A stretch of DNA of 64,000 nt, from IMG/VR virus record IMGVR_UViG_3300010885_062120; one strand, given 5' to 3'. The stretch comes from an uncultured virus (IMG/VR IMGVR_UViG_3300010885_062120). Its lineage: Duplodnaviria; Heunggongvirae; Uroviricota; Caudoviricetes. Shown here piece by piece: positions 39,301 through 48,810 of the stretch. The notes below the pieces were generated by a model, which did not search any database, was not told the origin of the DNA, and was given only the letters and a program-made list of their open reading frames with translations. Each line of letters starts with the position of its first letter. Positions within the stretch are counted from its first letter, which is position 1. A program made the translations under genes and the position numbers.

Positions 39301-40982
39301 AATAACAAAGATGACTTTTCAGAATATATTTGACCTTTAAAAGCAGATGAAAATTCTGTAACAGCCGTGTTTAAGTCTGTTTGCCCAATTCTATACCAAG
39401 AGTTGACATTGCCAGAAGAATCATAATATAGCCATGGAGCTATAAAAGCATCGCCTAGATTGGGAGGATTAGATGTATTTTCTAAAAAATATAAATCTTG
39501 CCAACTTGATGTAGCTGTAGGTTCAGTTGTAGAATTAATTTTTTGTATTAAAATACTTGAGTTTGTGTTTAAATTAATATTATTAATTCTTACAAGCCTA
39601 CCGCCAATCGAACTTCCCGAAATTGGAGCTCCTGTAAGATAATAAATAACAGATTTTTTGCCTAAAGTCGGTCCAACAAATACAACCCAATAATCATTTG
39701 CGCTAATCGAACCACCTAATGTAATTCCATTAAATGAATAAATTGGAAAACTGGGTACAAAAAATCTTAAATCTATAGCGTGTGCAAATCCTCTAGCCTT
39801 GATTGTATCTTCTGGATGGAATGCTTTGACATAAAATGTTGGATTGTTGTTGTCATTTGGATAATAATCATTGAATCCAGGAATTGATTTTCCACAATTA
39901 ATATTAAATGCATAAGCAAGTATTCTGCAGGGTAATTGAGTGTTGCTAATATTGACACGGGGATTTGATAAAACACGAAACAACATAACTTTCTTTAATG
40001 AAAATTTTATTGATGGCCCGTCTACATAAAAAGCTTGTATTCTAAGTTTGCTTATGTCCCTAAAGTCACTAGAGCCATAATCAAAATGTACGGTTATAGT
40101 TTTTGTTGTTGAGTCACTATCAGAATTGCCATTATAATATCCTGTTGCTAGTATAGGAGTTGTATTTATGGTAATATTTACTACTGTATTTTCTGGCTGT
40201 TGTGATTTGAATTTAATTGTATTATTTAAATAATTAGCACTGTATAAATCGGGCGAAATTGCAATAAAATCCTCATCAGGTAAAGCTCTGTAAACCTGAA
40301 TAGTATCTTCTTGATCCCAATTAACAGAACTTGTGTAAGTAGTTCTGTCTGTTGTGGTGGTAGAAGCATTCAAAACAGATGATGGAAATGAAGTTGCGGT
40401 ATCTTCTGTGTCAGTGCTTTGATATAATTTTATTTTACCAAATATATATTTAGCCCAATCTATGCTTACATTATTGCTTGCACCAGTCTGATAAGCCAAT
40501 AAATTATTATAATCATCAGCCGCCCCATACACTGCAGATTCATTTAATATAGTAAGTAAGTTTGGATCATTTATATTTACAAGCAATGAATATTCAAAAG
40601 TTATTGCACTTAAATTTGTAGCTATAGTGGAAAAATCAGCTTGCCACCAATAAGTATTACTTTTGATCCAAAATATTTTATCTGGCACGGGTGGAACTAA
40701 AGGGGTTGGATTTTGCTTCCTTCTAAATGCAATATTGACAGGCCATTCTGGCTTGCCATAATAACTTACTCCAGTCCCAGAATTATTAGACGGTATTAGA
40801 GTGTAGTTTGTTGAAACAGAAGAGCTAATAAAATAATCATTCCTGAAAGAGCCTCTTTCATGAACCAGGTCTAACCAACCCAATCCTGCGGTAGATCCAG
40901 CAGTTGGAATATAAGATGGTACCCAATTGTATTTACCTGAATAGGGTTTTTTATCAGGATTAACATAACCGTCGTCAGGCAT
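36318..40982 (-). CDS. Very large putative virion/tail protein
   Basis: 1554 aa, beta-rich aromatic composition like neighbours. Confidence 0.6.
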   Translation of the reverse strand: MPDDGYVNPDKKPYSGKYNWVPSYIPTAGSTAGLGWLDLVHERGSFRNDYFISSSVSTNYTLIPSNNSGTGVSYYGKPEWPVNIAFRRKQNPTPLVPPVPDKIFWIKSNTYWWQADFSTIATNLSAITFEYSLLVNINDPNLLTILNESAVYGAADDYNNLLAYQTGASNNVSIDWAKYIFGKIKLYQSTDTEDTATSFPSSVLNASTTTTDRTTYTSSVNWDQEDTIQVYRALPDEDFIAISPDLYSANYLNNTIKFKSQQPENTVVNITINTTPILATGYYNGNSDSDSTTKTITVHFDYGSSDFRDISKLRIQAFYVDGPSIKFSLKKVMLFRVLSNPRVNISNTQLPCRILAYAFNINCGKSIPGFNDYYPNDNNNPTFYVKAFHPEDTIKARGFAHAIDLRFFVPSFPIYSFNGITLGGSISANDYWVVFVGPTLGKKSVIYYLTGAPISGSSIGGRLVRINNINLNTNSSILIQKINSTTEPTATSSWQDLYFLENTSNPPNLGDAFIAPWLYYDSSGNVNSWYRIGQTDLNTAVTEFSSAFKGQIYSEKSSLLLETTGVSNAEITNLVRSVSLLENEDPFNFDPLSLDPLAYFTVDSTDDLLGSSILFRKGQWKFNFKARSNDSSNQTNTHIFLRFWFHPGEEVINYNNPHQYRNSNTEIIFEKYDTDPTNISDPKPSIKLSIGSPSSLENLIVSPPLTQDLNSYEILRFADGLIGESVNNIYQSIFASPTTKVVVGVYTFSYPQNATSANNFAQNLNPPTIELELDPVTTSLETSILQNTPDSLSASRYYLFNRTNYVHFNTDASNSLRITRNYYEGGVIGIGSSYIPYNNKFTLIDSNINPTGDSRVGLLSLESGPGNYAPPEPLLCLEYPSWSLFDDKSVSYYAEFSTNSSTFQDGRVNASTWNVSFQLDYNLDSLRIPATYKLMAFFVDRYGIVTERVFTSPYLTPSHASNANLAYLSYSATINQPYFITGTDTQLIFRIIAYPRSSNNQILTDAEFANIRAALNGNPIGTRIKNFYLTVTSATPGTSGLTKLNIVDAGGFTGSTRFYEDLDLVPSSSLDSQQFWFFADAETLKAQLIANGKEFMIMGALYSPTWFVKLPQGIEVSVIGGFAFNSTFPAALKIRTVLDDSVTIATEDTVKAIEDELEISTHIVSNGVQEDGSDVSTPIRYIKLNDPMNTPMYSGLIAGQSNGSRKILSGEDPILFHLSADESGQIGDILGLATETQDTDGSKINLSLNSDAGTLDYWIGPNYNLADDSFANVIRQITFKITKPDVRFWPLDKNIYVVGIVSPGALMLRVLNPYDASIDGTLAPGYNYLVDGPTDIATTIDFTGEYVEYTKYLSGATVIETRPSISIDKNGFLTMAYVLEGTPNQITAKVYTSGAEEITTAFAVIDMGFSSTASNETAVYCPVLCYYKPLDLTYCAFWCAGKIFVAKIQYKDFYDRYMVNNIYLVAGNRDFTASDNPAHPYLQTLVSSGYLAVDQDGAVEVDIHRQSVGFFVSKNPDHDSEMFVYYKITNDNESDIMVRKLFNSGSVSERLKVS

Positions 40983-40988
40983 TTTTTA

Positions 40989-43900
40989 TTAGCTATTCAA
41001 CATGTCTATATACATGTCTTCAATCATCCTTCTGTAAATTATTCTCATCTTCTGCTCATGGTCTAATTGCATCTGTTTAAATTCATACTTAAGTTCTCGT
41101 TCAATTCGTTGCCTTAATAAGAATTCGTCTATTTCCTGGCCACCAGCAACAGTTTGATTATTCTGAATCATTTGAATAATTCTCGTTGCATCAATGATAA
41201 TTTCTTCTTTATCTTTTCCGCTATCAACCAACGATCTTACAACTTGTGAAATAGGATCGTTTGGAGATTGCGTTGTTGAGGCTTGAGGATTGGTTGTAAG
41301 AACATCAATTAACTGTCTTTGGATCTGCTCTTCTGATCTTCTTAAGGCAGCTTTATTTTGCTCTCTTTCTTCAGATAATGCTTCTTGGAATCTTTCTCTT
41401 TCTTTTACCAGTTCCCTATAGAACATAGTTTCACTATCTGCACTTAATTCCGAAGCTTGATTTTCAGCGTTTTCTTTGATAATGATATTTTCTTCAAGTG
41501 CTTTATTTAATTGCTGCTGAATATCATGCTCTGCCTTTCTCAAAGCAATTTTATTCTGTTCTTGCTCAGAAATGGTTAATTCTTGGAACCTGACTCTTTC
41601 TCCAACTAGCCCTCTATAAATATTTGATTCTTGGTCATCGTCTAAATATTCTGGTACTACATTATCATAAGTTGATAAAAATTGAGGTTCAAAATTAGCT
41701 CCAACTGGCAAATATCTAAGATTTCTTCTTTTCCGCCTTCGCTTTTTGAGCTCTTCTTGATATTCATCATCTAATGTTTCTCTAATGCCAGTAATTCTAG
41801 GAGATTTGTAAATTACATTATCTTCATCACCAAATTGATATTCGTTTGATTGCAAAATATCATCTTCAAGGTCATCTAAATTTACATTCTGAAATTGATC
41901 TGCTTGCGGGCGTACTTGCTGATCTGTTATTGAGTACTCTGGAAGAGACTCAAATTTATTATTATTGCCTATAATTCTATCTAGTATTAGAGAAACTTTT
42001 TGCTTAGAACCATTAGATTCTTCGAATTGTTTTTGAACCTGTTCTTGTTCTTTTTGCTGTGATTTATCTTGCTTGTTTCTTGAAAATAATTTTGCAAAAC
42101 CTCTAACTTCATTTCTATTGTTTTGTATTGGCTGGCCACCAGTTAAAACAGTCCCAGAAATTAAATTATCTTGTTGATTTTGAGTAGATATATTCTTTCT
42201 AGATTGTATTTCTTGACGTGCAGTTATTACTCTAGTTTTAGAATTTTCATCAAGCCTTGTAAATTCTTCTGATGCTAAATATTCTTCTAAAAGCTCTTCG
42301 TTTGATATATTTCTAGAACCTTTATACTCATAAAAATCGCTTGGCAAATCAGTATCTAAATCAAAATTATTTATCTGATTATAATTTAATCCACCTCTAG
42401 TAGTACTAATTTCTCCTAATTGAATAAATTCTGATTGTGAATCTAATTGAGTTGTGCCAGTTTGATTTATTATATTTACAAAATCTTCTGGATCACTTGT
42501 GCCAGCTTCATAATTAGCTTGCTGAATAATTGTAGAACTTAAAATTCTATTTTGATTAGTAGCAGATAAGTTTTCATTTAGGTTGGCGTCATATGTTTTA
42601 GAATAATCTGATGGTGCCAAAACCCTTGTTTGATATGTATCTCCTGTGCCATCTGCAAATTTTGAATCACTCAAAAGATTACTATCATCTTCTAAAGATT
42701 GACTCTCTAAATTTTTAGAAGATAAAACTTCCTGTCCCGGTGTCTTTTCTACAGCTGCACCTGTGATTGTACCAGGAGTTGCGCCTGTGGTTGCGCCTGT
42801 GGTTGCACCTGTGGTTGTACCTGTGGTTGTACCTGTGGTTGTACCTGTAGTTGTACCAGGAGTTGTACCAGGAGTTGCACCTGTGGTTGTACCTGTGGTT
42901 GTACCTGTAGTTGTACCAGGAGTTGTACCAGGAGTTGTACCAGGAGTTGTACCTGTGGTTGTGCCTGTGGTTGTGCCTGTAGTTGTACCTGTAGTTGTAC
43001 CAGGAGTTGTACCAGGAGTTGTACCTGTAGTTGTACCAGGAGTTGTACCAGGAGTTGTACCTGTGGTTGTACCTGTGGTTGTACCAGGAGTTGTACCTGT
43101 GGTTGTACCTGTGGTTGTGCCTGTAGTTGTACCTGTAGTTGCACCAGGAGTTGTACCTGTGGTTGTACCTGTGGTTGTACCTGTGGTTGTGCTAGGAGTT
43201 TGTCTAGATATCTGTGCTTGTTCAGGTAACTGAGAATATATTTTATTTGTTTGTCCAGTAATTTGATCAGCTGTTTGGATAGTAGATTGATCTATTGGCT
43301 GTTTAACTGCTTGGCCAGTAGCAAGATTAATATTTTGACCATTAGTTTGATCTGTCGTCTTGCCTAACGACTGTGGTATTTTATCGGTTGTTTTATCTGG
43401 TGGCTGTGTATAACCTTGTCCAGTTATTAGTTCTTCATTTTGACCTGAAGTTTGACCTGAAGTTTGACCTGAAGTTTGACCTGAAGTTTGACCTGAAGTT
43501 TGACCTGAAGTTTGACCTGAAGTTTGACCAACTGTTTCATTGATATTAGATAATGACTGCAAATTATCTGAAACATAATTTGAGTTAGACAAATCTAATT
43601 CTGGAAGTTTTTGATAAGAAATACTCTGTTCTGTATTTGTTTCTAGAATTTTCCCGCCAGGTTCGAAAAAGGTAGAATCTGTAATTTTTTGATCTTCTGA
43701 AAATTTAATATTTTCATTTTCAGAAGATTTATTTTTCTGAACAATTTCATTAGAATCTGCATCCACAATCTTTTGATTAACTGTTCCGCTCTGTTCAAAA
43801 GATTCAAAAGGAGTATTATCAGTTGACAAATTACCAGTGACGTCTAAGTCCCGGCCTAGAATTGATTCTGGCAACTTTTGATATTCAATATTGGAGTCTC

Positions 43901-44903
43901 CAATTTGTCCATCTGTATTCGAAATGACTCTAGCATTATCTCCAGATAAAGGTATATTCCTGCTTAAGTTTTCTGCATATGGATCCAAAGGATTGTTTTG
44001 GGTTGCTGGCGAGTCACCAATGATAAGATCTATAGCTCGATCTAAGGGTAATTCATCTGGTTTAAAACCCTGGCTATTTATTTTGTCATCTTGTGAAAAA
44101 CCAGATAATGTAGAGCCCGGTAATTCACTTTTGGTAGTTAATGTATCTTGGCTAGAAGTTAATATATTATTTTTACTTGAGCCATCTAAATTACTTTCTA
44201 CAAAATTAGCATTTGAACTAAAAACCTGGCCAGATTCAGATAAAGACTGATTATTTGTTAAGCTCTTTGGTCCTTGGTCGTCATCGCCTATTTTTTGAAC
44301 TGAAAAAGCATTGGTATCTGAAATAACTGCTTTTTCAGAGTCTGAATTTTCTAATGTAACAGATTTTTGTCCATTTATTTGATCTGCTGTTAGAAATGAT
44401 CTTTGATTAGATGTTTTCTGATTTTCATTTTTTGGCAAATCAGAAATTATTTGATTTTGTAATTCAGTAGAATTTAATTTACCATCTTCATTTATTGTTT
44501 GGGACGATGATAGGGTGCTAGTTGATTCTATTGGCTCAGATATAGATTGAGGGAGTTTTTGAAAAGATGATTGAGCATCTGCAGCATCAAAATTAGATGG
44601 GGATGGTTTAACAACTGCCTTAAATGGAGTAAGTGTAGTACCACTGCTTGATAACTCTACACTATAAGTACCTTGTTTCAGCTTAACTAGTCCCAGGGGT
44701 AAAGATCCATCAAGGCCAATGGTACCAGAAAAAGTTTCGACTAATGTGCCATCTTTATAAAATTTAGCGGAAAACGATCCTCCAGATTGACTTAAATCTT
44801 CTCCCGTAAGAACTACGTTTGAGCCTTCTGTAAATTCAACATCTGGAGAACGTTGTAACTTCTGGACAATTTGTTCTTTATCAGAATTGTTCAGATTGTA
44901 ATC
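40989..44903 (-). CDS. Large acidic low-complexity protein with Thr-rich repeats and C-terminal coiled coil; 5' end probably reached by frameshift
   Basis: Frame stays open upstream of the TTG at 44438 for more than 150 codons (DYNLNNSDKEQIVQKLQRSPDVEF...ISD) with no ATG/GTG/TTG. Confidence 0.75.
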   Translation of the reverse strand, partial: DYNLNNSDKEQIVQKLQRSPDVEFTEGSNVVLTGEDLSQSGGSFSAKFYKDGTLVETFSGTIGLDGSLPLGLVKLKQGTYSVELSSSGTTLTPFKAVVKPSPSNFDAADAQSSFQKLPQSISEPIESTSTLSSSQTINEDGKLNSTELQNQIISDLPKNENQKTSNQRSFLTADQINGQKSVTLENSDSEKAVISDTNAFSVQKIGDDDQGPKSLTNNQSLSESGQVFSSNANFVESNLDGSSKNNILTSSQDTLTTKSELPGSTLSGFSQDDKINSQGFKPDELPLDRAIDLIIGDSPATQNNPLDPYAENLSRNIPLSGDNARVISNTDGQIGDSNIEYQKLPESILGRDLDVTGNLSTDNTPFESFEQSGTVNQKIVDADSNEIVQKNKSSENENIKFSEDQKITDSTFFEPGGKILETNTEQSISYQKLPELDLSNSNYVSDNLQSLSNINETVGQTSGQTSGQTSGQTSGQTSGQTSGQTSGQNEELITGQGYTQPPDKTTDKIPQSLGKTTDQTNGQNINLATGQAVKQPIDQSTIQTADQITGQTNKIYSQLPEQAQISRQTPSTTTGTTTGTTTGTTPGATTGTTTGTTTGTTTGTTPGTTTGTTTGTTPGTTPGTTTGTTPGTTPGTTTGTTTGTTTGTTTGTTPGTTPGTTPGTTTGTTTGTTTGATPGTTPGTTTGTTTGTTTGTTTGATTGATTGATPGTITGAAVEKTPGQEVLSSKNLESQSLEDDSNLLSDSKFADGTGDTYQTRVLAPSDYSKTYDANLNENLSATNQNRILSSTIIQQANYEAGTSDPEDFVNIINQTGTTQLDSQSEFIQLGEISTTRGGLNYNQINNFDLDTDLPSDFYEYKGSRNISNEELLEEYLASEEFTRLDENSKTRVITARQEIQSRKNISTQNQQDNLISGTVLTGGQPIQNNRNEVRGFAKLFSRNKQDKSQQKEQEQVQKQFEESNGSKQKVSLILDRIIGNNNKFESLPEYSITDQQVRPQADQFQNVNLDDLEDDILQSNEYQFGDEDNVIYKSPRITGIRETLDDEYQEELKKRRRKRRNLRYLPVGANFEPQFLSTYDNVVPEYLDDDQESNIYRGLVGERVRFQELTISEQEQNKIALRKAEHDIQQQLNKALEENIIIKENAENQASELSADSETMFYRELVKERERFQEALSEEREQNKAALRRSEEQIQRQLIDVLTTNPQASTTQSPNDPISQVVRSLVDSGKDKEEIIIDATRIIQMIQNNQTVAGGQEIDEFLLRQRIERELKYEFKQMQLDHEQKMRIIYRRMIEDMYIDMLNS
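42759..43190 (-). repeat. 12-bp tandem repeat x36 encoding TTTG/TTPG/ATTG
   Basis: Units such as acctgtggttgt and accaggagttgt counted directly. Confidence 0.95.
43441..43524 (-). repeat. Perfect 12-bp tandem repeat x7 encoding TSGQ
   Basis: tgacctgaagtt x7. Confidence 0.97.
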
Positions 44904-45547
44904 TTTTTTTTTACCCCATTTTGGGTTTTTCTCATTGAGTCAGGCACATAAAGCCTAGGCGCTTCTTTAATTCTGTCATAATTATAAGAAGCATTGTTTG
45001 TATTTTTTGAAGCTCTAGCTGCTAGTTTTTTACTCAAAGCAATTTCTTGAGGAATTTCTTTGCCCTGCTTTTGAAGTAAACTCATAATTGCTGGGTTTGC
45101 AGGTACAAAATCTTGTAAAATTTCTGATTCGTAATCATGATAAATTGTTTCACCAGAGTTTGACTTGCTGGCATAAATCTCATTAAATGTTGATAATTTT
45201 TCTTGAGGCTTAGGATAGACAACACCAGATTCTTGTTGTTCTTCTTCTTCTTTAAACAAAGGGAACTCTGGTCTTTCTTTACTTGTCAAAACTGGAGTAT
45301 TATCTTTATTAGTTGGAACATATCTTCTCGTGATACGCATTGGAGTTCTTGCCAATGGGGTGTCTGGCAATTCTAAACTCTGATCATCGACAGTATACAT
45401 ATTTACAGGCAATGGCCTTGCATGCATTGCGGAACCTGTAGCCACTGGCTCATAAGCATCAGTAAGCCCTGCCTCTAATTGAGAAGCATCTACATATTCT
45501 GATTCATCTGGTCTGATAATTGATGATAATGATATCTTTTTTGCCAT
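44891..45547 (-). CDS. Hypothetical 218-aa protein; zero-frame product of putative frameshift pair
   Basis: Ends GTA AAA AAA AAG ATT ACA ATC TGA. Confidence 0.75.
   Translation of the reverse strand: MAKKISLSSIIRPDESEYVDASQLEAGLTDAYEPVATGSAMHARPLPVNMYTVDDQSLELPDTPLARTPMRITRRYVPTNKDNTPVLTSKERPEFPLFKEEEEQQESGVVYPKPQEKLSTFNEIYASKSNSGETIYHDYESEILQDFVPANPAIMSLLQKQGKEIPQEIALSKKLAARASKNTNNASYNYDRIKEAPRLYVPDSMRKTQNGVKKKITI
44903..44912 (-). other. Candidate -1 frameshift / transcriptional slippage site (A9G; A_AAA_AAG)
   Basis: Heptamer in correct phase; the -1 frame is the long downstream ORF. Confidence 0.65.
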
Positions 45548-45562
45548 TTAGTTCACGTTAAA

Positions 45563-45599
45563 ATAATTTGAACCACTATTAGGTAGTGGTTCAAATTAT
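45563..45599 (-). promoter_or_regulatory. Perfect 16-bp inverted repeat (terminator-like) overlapped by TGTATAAT
   Basis: ataatttgaaccacta / tagtggttcaaattat, 5-nt loop; UUAUUUU at the 3' end on the minus strand. Confidence 0.65.
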
Positions 45600-45609
45600 A
45601 CAGTTAAAT

Positions 45610-47691
45610 CTAATTCTTTTTGAACCTAGACTTTGCAGCTGGTTTTTTAAATTTTCTCATGGTTTTCTTATGGAGCTTGGCATCTTCTTCTGTAGTTAAA
45701 TTGCCATGTTTCGGTTTTTCTTCAATAATATCACCCATTGGCCTTGGATCTTTAGATTGCATAAATAAATTGTTCCAATAATCTCTAAATCTCTTATCGC
45801 TTTCAACTTCTTTATCCATAAATTTACCTGCAAATCTTACATTGTTAACCAAATCTACAAATGCTCCTCTTAAGCTAAAAGATGGAGATATTGTTGGCTT
45901 AGTTGCTTCTATGCCAATTGACTGAGCCATTCCAGGATATATTTCTGTGAACACATGAGCTCTTTGTTGCTTAGCAAAGTTTTCCCATCTTCTTGCAGTT
46001 TTCATAGCTTGCTCTGCTCTAATTGGATTATTTGATCCTATGTTTTTAAACTCTTCAGCTATTTCTTCTAATATATCTGCCATTTTAAAGCCAGCAAGAA
46101 TAGCTTTTGGTGCCAAGACAGGTCTTACGGATACATTTGATTCCATTTCTATTTTAATGTTTTCATATAAATCTTGAGCTTCTGAATATTCATTCTGTCT
46201 AGATATAAGAACTTTGTTAAATTTCAAACCCAATTGCTTAGAACGCATATCTTTTTTGAATAAATCAAATTTTTCACCTAATGCTGTTTTTGCAAATTCT
46301 TTATCTTTTTCTTCTGGCTGACTTACCACTGTTCTATCTATTTCTTTATTCAAATCATTTTTTAAATTTGAAGCAAAACTTATAAGTTCTTCTATTAATC
46401 CAATGACTTTATCAGATTGATCAAGCGATTCATTTTCGTTTTGCAAATATTGAAATACATTAGCTGCATTAAAAGGACCAATTTGTGGAGATGTTGATTG
46501 CTTTGTTACAATATAATTTATCTCATTATCAACTTGTCTAGATAAATTTAAAATTGCACTTTCAAATACACTAATTTGAGTAACAAATTTACCATATAGC
46601 GATGCAAGTGCTCCAGATTGCGTAGGTGTGCTTGGTGGAGTTATAGGTGCAGCTGGAGCAGGTGGTGCTACTGAAAATGTATTGTTTGTTATTGTATTTA
46701 TATCAGATCTATAACCACCATATTGCGCAAAAACTTTTCTTCTTATTTTATCTGAAACATGGTTTGTCTTACCGGATTTGGGTTCAGATCCATCAGGCCC
46801 TTTATTTGATGTCATAGAAAATGAGTCAGTAAGAAGCGCATTGAAATCTCCTTTTTTAAAGTTTTTCAAATAAAATTCAATTTTATTTTCATTAATTCCA
46901 CTTCTCATTAATCCTACCAAATTGATATAGTTACCCGCCCTAATATCCATTAAAGTTTCAGTAACTTCGCTGAAAAACAAACTGTACTCTTCCAAAAATT
47001 GTGCTTTAATACTTAAATAATTTCTTAGATTTTGCTCCCTTACACTTACGGGAGATCTCAGAGTTTCGAGCTGCTCAGTTGCTTTAACGATGTCAGCTTG
47101 TTTATTCTCTGGTATTTTATTAAATAAAGCATATGATCTTATCATTTGGTACAATAAATATTGTTGAAATTCGTCTGCTGATTTACCACTATCCAGAAAA
47201 TCCATCGCCTTTGATATAATTTCATCAGATGTTGCGAGTAACTTTGATAAATCCGGTAATAATTTAAAAAAATTATCGAAAAATGACTCAAGCCCTGATG
47301 CACCTCTAAATCTGTCAACAGCTTTTCTAAACATAACAAGAAAGTTAGAGAAAGTAAAGTTTTTTTCTTGCATTTTAGGCCAAAGTTCAATTATCAAATT
47401 ATCGAATTGTAACTTTGTTATATTTTTTGTAAGAGCATCACTGACTTCACTGTCGTAATCTGATTCAGTACTGCCATTTGCTTTAAATATACTTTTTGAT
47501 GATCTTTCATTAGCTATAATATTGTCATATTTTTTTACAGCATTGTCTATGATAACATTTTTTTGCTCATCCGTCATATTGTTTATTTTTTTGCCGATTT
47601 GACCTTCAGGAGTTTGAGGTTCAAATATAGGCGTTGTAGCTCCCCCAAATAATTGAGCGGTTACTATTCTCTTATCTAAAAATCTTTTCAT
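45610..47691 (-). CDS. Large helical hypothetical protein (possible internal head protein)
   Basis: 693 aa; KRIVTAQ, RKVFAQ and VRFAG motifs delimit segments. Confidence 0.6.
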   Translation of the reverse strand: MKRFLDKRIVTAQLFGGATTPIFEPQTPEGQIGKKINNMTDEQKNVIIDNAVKKYDNIIANERSSKSIFKANGSTESDYDSEVSDALTKNITKLQFDNLIIELWPKMQEKNFTFSNFLVMFRKAVDRFRGASGLESFFDNFFKLLPDLSKLLATSDEIISKAMDFLDSGKSADEFQQYLLYQMIRSYALFNKIPENKQADIVKATEQLETLRSPVSVREQNLRNYLSIKAQFLEEYSLFFSEVTETLMDIRAGNYINLVGLMRSGINENKIEFYLKNFKKGDFNALLTDSFSMTSNKGPDGSEPKSGKTNHVSDKIRRKVFAQYGGYRSDINTITNNTFSVAPPAPAAPITPPSTPTQSGALASLYGKFVTQISVFESAILNLSRQVDNEINYIVTKQSTSPQIGPFNAANVFQYLQNENESLDQSDKVIGLIEELISFASNLKNDLNKEIDRTVVSQPEEKDKEFAKTALGEKFDLFKKDMRSKQLGLKFNKVLISRQNEYSEAQDLYENIKIEMESNVSVRPVLAPKAILAGFKMADILEEIAEEFKNIGSNNPIRAEQAMKTARRWENFAKQQRAHVFTEIYPGMAQSIGIEATKPTISPSFSLRGAFVDLVNNVRFAGKFMDKEVESDKRFRDYWNNLFMQSKDPRPMGDIIEEKPKHGNLTTEEDAKLHKKTMRKFKKPAAKSRFKKN

Positions 47692-47727
47692 AATTGTTTT
47701 CCCTGTTAAAATATATTTAAAAAAAAA

Positions 47728-48798
47728 CTAACCACCCATGCCCTTGAATAGGGCTCTAAAGAATCTACTTCTACCACCAGGCAACATATATTCTGGGGTA
47801 ACAATTGTTTTTGAAGTTGGGTATCTTGCGAGTGGTATTTTTTCTAAAAATTTATCAAAATCTTCTTTGTACATTCTTGCATCTTCTTTAAATTGATTAA
47901 AGATGTCATTATTTTCTGGATCAGCCATAAGAAGCTTAAATTCTCTATTTTTAAGCTGCACAGTTAAGCTTCTTAGCAAATAATATGTCGCGCCAGTTAT
48001 AAGTGCTGCATCGTAGTAAAATGGTGCCTGTGTTACTGATGTGTACTTTGATGTACCTGGCTGTGCATTGATTGCTTGCAAGGCCATATATAAAGCGTTG
48101 TTTAATTCACTATGAGTGAACATCTTAACCCAATAAGATGCATAAATTGTATCATAGGGCTCTATAGAAGCTCCTGTGCCAGTAGCATCTTTAAAAAATA
48201 ATCTGCCATTGTAATCTGCGGAGCACAAAAGACCTTGAGGGTAATTGTTCGTTGTTCCATTTACCGTTTTGTAAATTGGAGTAACATCATCTAAATGAAC
48301 ATAAGGATCTATATTGCCATCTGAAGAGAATCCAGAAATTCTAATCTCTGGTCTTGGATATGCGTTCCAATATTTATGAACAAATCTACAAGATGACCTA
48401 TTAAAATGCTCGAATATGCCTTCTTCACTTTCAACATGCACTTCCATCAAAGTTTTTATCTGATAAATCAAAGAAGCTTTAAGAAGAAGCTCTGAACCTG
48501 TAATTGCTTCACTTGTTGATAAAACTGAAGTATCTGTTGAAATTTCCCTTATTTTATAAAAGTGACTTGGATTACCTGCAGAATCAACATAATCACTTGC
48601 TGGGTATGGAATTGTAGCAATTGTGCTATACGGCCCATCCATAGAAGGGCCTCTTAAAATTTGGTAAAAGGCAACATTAGATGTTGCCCTTCTTTCCCAC
48701 GAAATGTAAACACCGGGATTGGCTGCAGTTGACATATAGTCGAGCCAAGAAGTATCTGGATACGCTAAAGCGGAAAAATCTTGATTATCTGCAGCCAA
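47728..48798 (-). CDS. Putative head completion/neck protein with N-terminal FN3-like domain
   Basis: ISW...YQILRG...YVD...YKI FN3-like start; helical ELNNAL..AL.AIN..P C-terminal part; TTG start with GAGGG. Confidence 0.5.
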   Translation of the reverse strand: MAADNQDFSALAYPDTSWLDYMSTAANPGVYISWERRATSNVAFYQILRGPSMDGPYSTIATIPYPASDYVDSAGNPSHFYKIREISTDTSVLSTSEAITGSELLLKASLIYQIKTLMEVHVESEEGIFEHFNRSSCRFVHKYWNAYPRPEIRISGFSSDGNIDPYVHLDDVTPIYKTVNGTTNNYPQGLLCSADYNGRLFFKDATGTGASIEPYDTIYASYWVKMFTHSELNNALYMALQAINAQPGTSKYTSVTQAPFYYDAALITGATYYLLRSLTVQLKNREFKLLMADPENNDIFNQFKEDARMYKEDFDKFLEKIPLARYPTSKTIVTPEYMLPGGRSRFFRALFKGMGG

Positions 48799-48810
48799 TT
48801 TATTAACCCT

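Noticed and set aside
40983..40988. Read-through at other in-frame junctions (40982, 16934, 4848)
   Set aside because: Double stops or no domain continuity; A/T-rich spacing looks like normal coupling.
42749..43233. Poly-VVP and QVQL ORFs
   Set aside because: Shadow frames of the 12-bp repeat inside the real CDS.
42759..43524. CRISPR array
   Set aside because: Head-to-tail 12-mers with no spacers, in frame in a protein.
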